47,500 nt of DNA, from NCBI RefSeq assembly GCF_006345805.1, contig NW_021834520.1, forward strand, positions 1-47,500, given 5' to 3'. This document shows, in pieces, positions 37,732 through 47,500 of this stretch. Origin of the DNA: Octopus sinensis. Its lineage: Eukaryota. The first letter of the stretch is position 1; each line of letters opens with the position of its first letter. The notes under the pieces are model-generated. The model was given only the letters and a program-made list of their open reading frames with translations, ran no database searches and had not been told where the DNA came from. The position numbers and the translations under genes are program-made.

Positions 37732-38752
37732 CTAGCAGTATCGCCCGGCGTTGCTCGGGTTTGTAAGGGAAATAACTATATAAGCATTTTTAGAGAGTTA
37801 CTTCCCTTATAGATGCCAATTCGGGCTTTCTTAGCCATTTCTGTTTTGGTGGCTTCAAGCCATGAAGTCGTTGTTCTAAAAGAACGCTGGTCTCCTTGAC
37901 AACGCTTTACGACGTTGATTTCCTTACACTCCCTTCCCCACAGCTTCACGAGGGAGGGAAGAAGGGGGAGAAGCAGACAGGTGCAGGTGTGACCATGGAC
38001 GCCAACTCCGCCGCCATCGACACACGAAAAAATATGCATTAAAATGGAATAAAAAATGATGTTAAATTATTTTTAAAATCGTAGACTCATCGTAGACGCG
38101 CGCTAATACCCAGACGGGCTCAATATGAATCACGACTATAAGATACCCGAATTTGGTTAAACTGCACCGCAAAATGTGGGAGTAGTTAGGAATCTAAATC
38201 GAAGGGGACAAACACTCACACAACTACAGTTTTATATATATACTAGCAGTATCGCCCGGCGTTGCTCGGGTTTGTAAGGGAAATAACTATATAAGCATTT
38301 TTAGAGAGTTACTTCCCTTATAGATGCCAATTCGGGCTTTCTTAGCCATTTCTGTTTTGGTATCTTCAAGCCATGAAGTCGTTGTTCTAAAAGAACGCTG
38401 GTCTCCTTGACAACGCATTACGACGTTGATTTCTTTACACTCCCTTCCCCACAGCTTCACGAGGGAGGGAAGGGGGAGAAGCAAACAGGTGCAGCTGTGA
38501 GCGTGGACGCCAACTCCGCCGCCATTGATACACGAAAGATTATGCATTAAAATGGAATAAAAAATGATGTTAAATTATTTTTAAAATCGTAGACTCATCG
38601 TTGACGCGCGCTAATACTCAGACGGGCTCGATATGAATCACGACTATAAGATACCCGAATTTGGTTAAACTGCACCGCAAAATGTGGGAGTAGTTAGGAA
38701 TCTAAATCGAAGGGGACAGACACTCACACAACTACACTTTTATTTATATAGA
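37732..38752 (-). mobile_element. Head-to-tail pair of about 510-bp non-autonomous Helitrons (37732-38242 and 38243-38752)
   Basis: Each unit starts on + with CTAG and the hairpin cccggcgttgctcggg. The outer 5' TC is at 38752-38751. Termini match the 35900-36195 element, with a longer interior. Confidence 0.9.
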
Positions 38753-39557
38753 TATAACAATGGATACTCTAACTTCTGAAACCACACGCATACGGTTTCA
38801 GAAGTTAGTGTAACACACAGACACTGCTTAGTCAAAATATGGGCCTTAACAGATAAACACACCAATGTCAGCATAAATATCTTTTTATTTGTGCGGAACC
38901 ATAAAGTCATTTTTCAAGCTTTTGTATGCAGTTTTGGGAAGCATGAAATTTTGTATCATTGCGGAAATAATTTGAAGAGGATTTCAAGTCATTTTACCGA
39001 TACAAGATACAAACATTCACTTTTACAAAAATAAAAAATAAAAATCTTTTTAATCTATCAGATACGCTATCGCTACTTATTTAATTAAAACAAGTATATT
39101 TTCTATGAGAACAAACACAACAGTTAGCCTTTTGTCACATTCATTGTTCTATTTGTCCCATTCACATAAATTTCCATAAATTTTTATAAATTTCAGTTAA
39201 TGTAACGCCCTCACATGTAATACTGTACAATTCACAATTATCTTTTGCATTTCTGCCGATAGCCATGTTTCATATTTCTCTCTACCCTCATTCTTTAATT
39301 TCATATCCTCTCAGTCTTGATTGCTATTTTATAAATAAAACACCACAGAAATCCTCTTCAAAACAACCTGTTACGCGATGAAATATGTCTCCTTGCATTC
39401 ATATTTCAGCCATATCCACTCTATGCCATTTGTTATTAACATACATCACTAATAAAAACACATTCTAAACCTTCAAATTTTCTTTATCTTTTTCTGATTT
39501 CTTTCATCTCCAACAGCCAACTCACGACCTTCATACGACACATTTCTTTTCAAACTA

Positions 39558-39558
39558 C

Positions 39559-39590
<32 letters not shown>

Positions 39591-39680
39591 CTTCTTCTTC
39601 TTCTTCTTCTTCTTCTTCTTCTTCTTCTTCTTCTTCTTCTTCTTCTTCTTCTTCTTCTTCTTCTTCTTCTTCTTCTTCTT
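39558..39680. repeat. (CTT)n microsatellite, about 40 units
   Basis: Directly visible. Confidence 0.95.
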
Positions 39681-40407
39681 TCTACCCCCTTACAATTCTT
39701 CCCTCAACCATCCTATCGATTTCCAACAGCCGTTCAAATTATGTCATTATAATCCCCCTGTTGGGTGGTAGTCACGTTAGTGTTTCGCTATCTAAAAATA
39801 TCTCATCTTTGCACGCAACGACAACAGATGATAGCAGTAGTCCGTAAACTGAACTTGCTGATCCTTCTTGGCCGTTGACAGTTTGTTGTCTGTTCATCCA
39901 CTCAGCATTTAGTGATATTCGTCATTGACGCAATAAGTTCATTTGCCGAAATGGTTCGCATCCACCGTGCTACATTCCATGATTTCATCGTAATCCTGGC
40001 TGGTTAGTTACTGGGTGCTAGTTCTTGCCAAAAAGGGTCACTCATGATTTGGTCCGCATCTGTTTATTCATATATCAACAGCTGACCTTTGTTTTATTCC
40101 TATTTAACCCATAGCTAGGGCCCTTAAATATGCTACCACTCCAGATCATAGTAGATCAGCGAACAATAGCATAGTGGCTAAGAGGCTCCACACTCCTCAA
40201 AAAACCAGGTCCCCACTACCGGACACACGTTAAAGTCATATCCAATGCTTCAAATTATGTACTTTTAAAATACTGTCTTTTGTAACTTGACTAGGGAATA
40301 TCAATTTATAATTGTTTGTTGTATATTGAATCACTTCAGAATGATAAACCCAAAGGTGGAACTCAGAGTCACGCTAGATCAGTTCTTGTTAAATACACAC
40401 ACACACA

Positions 40408-40453
<46 letters not shown>

Positions 40454-40518
40454 CTATATATATTATATATATATATATATAATATATATATATATGTGTG
40501 TGTGAGTGTTATTTCCAT

Positions 40519-40708
40519 AGGCGCAGGAGTGGCTGTGTGGTAAGTAGCTTGCTTACCAACCACATGGTTCTGGGTTCATTCTCGCACTGCGTGGCACCTT
40601 GGGCAAGTGTCTTCTACTATAGCCTCGGGCCGACCAAAGCCTTGTGAGTAGATTCGATAGATGGAAACTAAAAGAAGCCGTCGTATATATATGTATATAT
40701 ATATATAT

Positions 40709-40740
<32 letters not shown>

Positions 40741-40823
40741 ATCTATATATAATATATATGTGTGTGTGTGTAAGTGCGTGTGTTTATGTGATTGTGTTTT
40801 TCCCCCAACATCGTTTGACAAGC
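40519..40823 (+). mobile_element. SINE family A, 3'-truncated
   Basis: Near-consensus head ggcgcaggagtggctgtgtggtaag... and internal microsatellite. Confidence 0.88.
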
Positions 40824-40901
40824 CATGAGCATTTTAACAAGTTCAATCTTACGAGAATGAAGGACAACTGAGAAGAACGTGAACCCAGTATATATAACAA
40901 T

Positions 40902-40961
40902 CGGAATAACAATCATGTCGAACATAGCTTACCATATATCACTATATATGTATATATACTC

Positions 40962-41027
<66 letters not shown>

Positions 41028-41271
41028 CACACACACATATATATATAATACAAAATGGTACAAGAACGCAAAATATCCGGACAGCTAAGTGATACAAAAA
41101 TGGGACAACAAAACATCCACATAGACGATACAAAGAAAACAAGGGCGAGTCATTCGAAGTTTTCTTTCCTCAGTGAAGCACCAGATTATCCTTGCAATTT
41201 CGGCTGATTATACTTGAGATTCCTCCAATCTGGCCAGCCCCAAGGAAAAATGAAGATAAGAGCATTAGATT
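40902..41271. repeat. Unclassified interspersed repeat, copy 1 (copy 2 at 43340-43648)
   Basis: Near-identical direct repeat cggaataacaatcatgtcgaac...agagcattagatt, differing mainly in the internal microsatellite. Confidence 0.85.
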
Positions 41272-41450
41272 CCTTGGAAGAAAGCAGCGAATGTATACAA
41301 AAACAAGGACGGGAAAAATGGACAATGTTACACAAATACAAATACACATATATATATATACATACATACATACATACAATACATACATACATACATGCAT
41401 GCATGCATAATACATACATACATACATACATACATACATACATACATACA

Positions 41451-41481
<31 letters not shown>

Positions 41482-41703
41482 TCGTGACACTCCATCGGTT
41501 ACGACGACGAGAGTTCCAGTTGTTCTGATCAACGGAACAGCCTGCTCGTAAACAGATAGCTAGATAGATAGATATATAGATAGATAGAGAGAGAGGGCGA
41601 GAGACAGACAGACAGACAGACCAACAGACTGACAAACCGACAGACGAGACAGACAGACAGGTGCGTATTCTTTATTCGTTTCTTTTTTGTGAGAATGTGT
41701 ATA

Positions 41704-41917
41704 CGAGTGGGTACTGAAAACCTGGTTTTCGGTAAAAGAAAATACATGAGGATCAGTTAATTATGCTTTTATTTAACATATTCCCCTTTCAGATTCACAC
41801 ACTTGCTGCAGCGGTCCTTCCGTTTTTCTAAGCCCTGTAAAAGAACTCGGAAGGTCGGGACTCCTGTCAGGCCTTTCGCGAGACACTTGAAGCCAGGAAT
41901 TTTTCAGCATCTCCTCG
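41704..41917. mobile_element. Mariner-type MITE
   Basis: Imperfect TIRs CGAGTGGGTACTGAAAA-CCTGG / CCAGGAATTTTTCAGCATCTCCTCG with TA on both sides. Confidence 0.75.
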
Positions 41918-41991
41918 TATGAGTGTGTGGTCGAGTGTTTACAATTGTTATTTTCTTTACAAATTTAACGAGCACTATCATAAACCACTAT

Positions 41992-42377
41992 GTGGAAGCA
42001 CTCCGTCTGTTACGACGACGAGGGTTCCGGTTGATCCGAATCAACGGAACAGCCTGCTCGTGAAATTAACGTGTAAGTAGCTGAGCACTCCACAGACACG
42101 TGTACTCTTAACGTAGTTCTCGGGGATATTCAACGTGGCACAGAGAGTGACAAGGCCGGCCCTTTGAAATACAGGTACAACAGAAACAGGAAGTAAGAGT
42201 GAGAGAAAGTTGTGGTGAAAGAGTACAGCAGAGATCACCACCATCCCCTGTCGGAGCCTCGTAGAGCTTTAGGTGTTTTCGCTCAATAAACACTCACAAC
42301 GCCCGGTCTGGGAATCGAAACCGTGATCCTACGACCGCGAGTCCGCTGCCCTAACCACTGGGCCATTGCGCCTCCAC
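41992..42377 (-). mobile_element. Full-length tRNA-derived SINE family C with an 11-bp TSD
   Basis: A box TGGCCCAGTGG, B box GTTTCGATTCC, TSD taaaccactat at 41981-41991 and 42378-42388. A 3' fragment of the same family lies at 41487-41552. Confidence 0.9.
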
Positions 42378-42453
42378 TAAACCACTATACCTAAATGCAA
42401 ATTGATATATTGTTTGAAATCTTCGTGTCTTCCTCGCCGTCTGTCTTTATGTG

Positions 42454-42523
<70 letters not shown>

Positions 42524-42879
42524 TGTCTGTGTGACAGTATGAATGTATGTATATATGTATACATGTGTGTGTGCGCGCGCATGTTTATGCATGTATGTGT
42601 GTATGTATGTATGGATGGATGGATGGATGTAGTTTCCTCTGCATAATCTGTCGGGTCCAGTCTTCATATGCAAAGGTAGACAAGCCGAGGATTTAAGAAT
42701 CGTCGGCTATCTTCAACATGATTTAGTCGGCTTGTGGAAACCGTTGCCCGGGCAGTGGCTGCTGTGACACGCAGAGAGCTTACAGGAGCCACAGATGAAG
42801 ACCAAAGCGGACGAACTACTCCGAAGAACACCGTGTGTTTCCCCCGTCTGAGTACTACCCTGCCATGAGACCTCATGCA

Positions 42880-43374
42880 CCACTTCAACGCCGAAGGTTG
42901 TTGATAAATACATGTTGATTAATACATAGCACACACTTCAGAGCTGTGAACATTGACGATGAAGTCGACACACACATCGTTACGGGAAGCTCTGCATTTG
43001 CACGGCTAGATGAATTATTGTGGATGAGGTAAAGCATAAGACTGACTACCAAGTTGAAGGTTTACCAAGTTAAAGGTGTACCAAGCTGAAGGTGTACCAA
43101 GTTGAAGGTGAACTGCCTACGCTACTGCACACCTACGAGACTTGGATGGTTTACAAATGCCACGCCAAGAAGCTAAACCGCTTCCACATGAACTGCCTGA
43201 GAAAGCTGCTGAAAATCACCCGGCAAGAACGGAATACTCCTCTCGGGTTGATCTGCCAAGCATTTACACTTTGCTAGGGAGAGCCCATGTCAGGTGGGCA
43301 GGCCACTTTTTTTTCGAATAAACACTCTTTGTTTATTCACGGAATAACAATCATGTCGAACATAGCTTACCAGA

Positions 43375-43408
<34 letters not shown>

Positions 43409-44030
43409 CTCACAAGCACACACACACATATATGGTACAAGAACGCAAAATATCCGGACAGCTAAGTGATACAAAAATGGGACAACAAAACATCCACATA
43501 GACGATACAAAGAAAACAAAGGCGGGTCATTCGAAGTTTTCTTTCCTCAGTCAAGCACCAGATTATCCTTGCAATTTCGGCTGATTATACTTGAGATTCT
43601 TCCAATCTGGCCAGCCCCAAGGAAAAATGAAAATAAGAGCATTAGATTGTTTTACAGCGAATTGACAGAAGGCAAGTGCATGCAAAGTGGACAGGAAAAG
43701 CGCTTCAAGGACACACTGAAAGCGTCACTGAAGAGCTTTGAGACCAGTGCCAACATCTGGAAAACGCAAGCACAAGACTGCACTGCCTGGCGAAGCTGCA
43801 CCAAAAGAGGTGCCACCTCCTATGAACAGAACATGACTATAGGGGGAAAAAGAAAATGCGAACTACACAAAACCAGAGCCAACTCCTTGCTTTTAGTCCC
43901 AGCTGACCACTAGTGCCCGAGGTCCAGCAGAGCCAACCAAGCAACAGCCGGACACACCGTGCCCCGTCTTCTCCTCCGATTCGATGTCCTATGTGATGTC
44001 ATCGTCGACAACGACGGACGAACTAATAAA
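42880..44030 (+). pseudogene. RTE-clade LINE 3' relic (RT C-terminal region and tail), interrupted at about 43310-43648
   Basis: Translates to AVNIDDEVDTHI..GSSAFARL...TKLKVYQ, LPTLLHTYETWMVYKCHAKKLNRFHMNCLRKLLKI and RLFYSELTEGK..SGQEKRFKDTLKASLKSF, characteristic of RTE/BovB-like ORFs. Tail gtcatcgtcgacaacgacggacgaac. Confidence 0.88.
43340..43648. repeat. Unclassified interspersed repeat, copy 2, inserted in the RTE relic
   Basis: See 40902-41271. Confidence 0.85.
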
Positions 44031-44219
44031 TAACAATGTATGTGTGTGTGAGTGTGCATGCCTATACATGTGTCTGCGTTTGAGTGTTGTGTGTGTGTGT
44101 GTGTGTGTGTCTGTTTGTCTGTCTGTGTGTGTGTGCGAGTATATATGCTCGCGCGCTAATCGATAGACAGAAGATAGATAGATAGAAAAATAGATAGATA
44201 GATAGATAGATAGACAGAC

Positions 44220-44254
<35 letters not shown>

Positions 44255-44414
44255 GAGGAGTGTTAGAGACATATAGGGACAAAGAGAAAAAATGAAGGGG
44301 ATTAATACGGTGGTCCTATGTTGCATTACGAGCAATATCGAAAAAGCCAAAAACAAAAAATTAAAAAGCCTGGCACAGTATCATATTCAGTGAATTAACT
44401 CTGATATAATTAGT

Positions 44415-44426
44415 CCATATATATAT

Positions 44427-44512
<86 letters not shown>

Positions 44513-44514
44513 CT

Positions 44515-44546
<32 letters not shown>

Positions 44547-44706
44547 ATATCTTATAATATATATATATATATAATATATATATATATACATACTGATATA
44601 TATATATATATATTATATATATATACATAAATACATAAAAAAAAATATTATATATATACAACATGATATATATATATATACATGTATATATATATATATA
44701 CACATG

Positions 44707-44755
<49 letters not shown>

Positions 44756-44847
44756 ATATATTATATATATATATACATATATATATACATATATATATAT
44801 ACATGTATATATATATACATATGATATATATATATATATATATATAC

Positions 44848-44887
<40 letters not shown>

Positions 44888-44946
44888 CCATACATACATA
44901 TATATATTATATATATATATATATATTATATATATATATATATATA
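44415..44946. repeat. Long imperfect (TA)n tract
   Basis: Directly visible. Confidence 0.95.
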
Positions 44947-45726
44947 GGCGGCCGTCTGGACACAACGTCAGTGGTACGGTGTTATACTCGTAACCGTGGG
45001 AAGAACCAAACTTGATCAACCGTTCTTTTTTCACTGTCTGGACAAGCTGGGTTTTAGCTGAGATCCCACGCTATTATTTCCTTATGTACTTGTTACTGCA
45101 GCCCTCTCTTTTACTACAACTTCTAATGTTGGTGGTGGTGGCAGTGGTGGTGGTGGTGTTAGTGGTGGTGGTGGCGGTGGTGGTGGTGGTGGTTTTATGA
45201 TCACTACAACAATTGATGTAGTTGTTTGTTCAGCCCCAAGTCTGCACTTATCGAGTTTACATATGTTCAAAGGCGTTCCATCCATTACCACCTAGCCATT
45301 TTTCTTTTCTTTTTCTTTTTTCTTTTATACTGCATTGTCTGAAATACGTTGCACTTTTTTTCTTTTTAGAGACGATTGCGTGTGATTTTAGAAACATTTG
45401 TCTTCTATTTCTCACTGGTCGAACGGTTGCATGTAGTTCCCACGTTACCTGCACATCACCTAACTCCCAAGGCAATGCTTAGACACAGTAGAAAACAGAT
45501 TTTCGCAATGTTAAACATAAGCTTTCTTTTGTGTCTAGCATTGCAAAGATCAATAACAAGAAATCAATCAGTAAAAAATATATTGCTTCCCGTATGATAC
45601 ATTGTCGTCACATTTAGTTTCAAACAACAATTGAACATCTCTCTCTCTCTCTCTCTCTCCCTCTCTCCCTATCTATCTATAAAACTATTTATCTTTTTTC
45701 TTTCCTTCTTTCTTTTTTATATCTCT

Positions 45727-45770
<44 letters not shown>

Positions 45771-45939
45771 ATATATATATATATATATATTATATATTAT
45801 ATATTATATTAAATTAGAGATAAAACCACTATTAGGCAAATCAAACAATGAAAAACTTAAGCCAATACATAAAATTAATCAATTTATATTATTTTAAATA
45901 TATATCAAAAGTATTAAAAGTTTAATAAAAAATAATGAG

Positions 45940-46015
45940 TAAAACACTACGATCGTTCATGGCTGTCCAATTCGTTTAATTCGAGTTATGGTTACAGTCA
46001 ATCTTCAGGTAATTG
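45940..46015 (-). ncRNA. Degenerate Penelope-type minimal hammerhead ribozyme motif
   Basis: Minus strand reads CTGAAGA, stem II (TGACTGT...ACAGCCA), GAA(A missing), palindromic stem III ACGATCGT, and a GTA triplet. Confidence 0.45.
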
Positions 46016-46092
46016 AATATTTATCTTAGCGAGGTTTCCCTGTAAGTTTGGATTTATTACATAATATTTTATTATATATATATATATATATA

Positions 46093-46134
<42 letters not shown>

Positions 46135-46413
46135 CAACAATTGAGGGCAAAATTAAAATATTAATCAATTCACCAAGTGTTCAGTATGCAAAGGGACCAT
46201 TCAAGGCGATTCAAATTATTACATTATATAAAAGGGCTTAGTAAAATAAATTACTTTGCCGCATACTGAACTCATTAGAAATAGCAGCTAAATATATATA
46301 TATATATATAATTTAAAATGAGGGTGAAAAATTGGATATTAATTTGATTAACAATCAATTTAAAACCAGTGGTCGAGCATATTAAAATCTGAAGGTTCAG
46401 TAAATTGTATAAC

Positions 46414-46532
46414 ATATGAGAGGGATGACCACTATGTGGACAACCCTTATGCTAGAAGTAGATCCGCTATGGTCTTACCACTAAGAAATGTTCTCAAGAA
46501 AATTTAGCAAATAGGGGTCATCCCTCTCATAT
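46414..46532. mobile_element. 119-bp MITE-like element with a perfect 17-bp inverted repeat
   Basis: atatgagagggatgacc (46414-46430) / ggtcatccctctcatat (46516-46532) in TA-rich context. Confidence 0.6.
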
Positions 46533-46562
46533 ATATGTAATATATATATATATATATAATAT

Positions 46563-46735
46563 ATTCTTTTATTCTTTTACTTGTTTCAGTCATATGACTG
46601 CAGCCATGCTGGAGCACGGACATCGACTCCAGGACTTATTTTTTGTAAGCTTAGTATACTTATTCTATCAGAGTCTTTTGCAGAACCGCTTTGTTACGGG
46701 TACATAAACACACCAGCATCGGGCGGACACACACA
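46563..46735 (-). mobile_element. SINE family A, 3' part
   Basis: ttttacttgtttcagtcatatgactgcagccatgctggagcac... matches the family A tail. Confidence 0.8.
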
Positions 46736-46827
46736 TACACCTATTGACTTCTGTCTAGCGTTCATTTTATTCTATTAGCTCTTACGTTTTCAGTGGTCTA
46801 AGGACCTTGTAACGAGCGCATGCTTTA

Positions 46828-46879
<52 letters not shown>

Positions 46880-47500
46880 TAATAGATGCAGCACGAAGTT
46901 TTGTCAGGAACAGATCGCGGTCTCAAAGCGGCGAAAATATTTTGACAAATAAAATTTAAATGTTGAAGTGAATCTAACGGTTTTTGTATGTTTCTTAAAT
47001 GGCTTATAAACACTTCACGTTGCATTGTTTTCGTTCCAGCACACGATCTCAGATCAAGTCACTCGCTATGCAAGTACATCTCCGTAATATATATATATAA
47101 TATATATATTATATATATATATATATTATATATTATATATATATACACGAGTTCTTAAACACCAAAGAAGGACAAAAGACTGGATGTAGTTCTAGGATAT
47201 AATATTTTTGAGTTTTGTATATGCTGAGGTCTTTCTAAAGCCTTGTCTTTCGGTCATTTAAGGAAAGAGCCTAGATGACAGAATTTCGAATATTGATCTA
47301 GTCTCTAAATATAAAATTAAGCTAACCTGAAAATGACAAAATCCCTGCAGAAACATTTGCAAAAGCTACATCGAATCGGAACAACTGGATATTAACTTGC
47401 TATAAACACATCAAGAACTTTATGTCGCCCGAATCATCTTAAAGACCTACTCTTGATTATAGCTTTATGTACTTCGAGATCCACTGTTGCAAAAGGAAAA

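Noticed and set aside
42300-42377. tRNA gene-like sequence with A and B boxes (also the SINE A and B heads)
   Set aside because: No complete cloverleaf. It continues into a SINE body and is bounded by a TSD.
43056-43110. 16-bp unit repeated four times (taccaagttgaaggt), superficially array-like
   Set aside because: No spacers. A slippage duplication inside the RTE relic in a eukaryotic genome, not CRISPR.
45082-45291. Poly-Pro / poly-Val ORFs
   Set aside because: A (GGT)n microsatellite with no exon context.

Overview
AT-rich, microsatellite- and SINE-laden animal genomic DNA. The repeat families point to a coleoid cephalopod, probably Octopus (inference). Almost all listed ORFs are microsatellite or SINE artefacts. 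The real content is a Cip/Kip (p21/p27/Dacapo-type) CDK-inhibitor gene on the + strand. Coding exon 1 (7788-9114) carries a canonical CDI domain and splices across an 8.13-kb intron to coding exon 2 (17245-17321). The splice assembles a Dacapo/p21-like PIP box/degron, QTKIV|DFMPHRKR, in a 467-aa protein. A 3'-UTR intron and a long AT-rich terminal exon probably follow. Inside that intron, on the same strand, sits a second, divergent Cip/Kip paralogue with an uninterrupted ORF (13686-14351, 221 aa) and its own GC-box/TATA promoter. It keeps the CDK-binding half of the CDI domain, has a degenerate cyclin-docking motif and has no PIP degron. The flanks hold three tRNA-derived SINE families, Helitron relics and non-autonomous Helitrons, Tc1/mariner and hAT MITEs, a mariner transposase relic, RTE and RLE-type LINE relics, and a degenerate Penelope-type hammerhead. 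All calls were made by eye with no database search.
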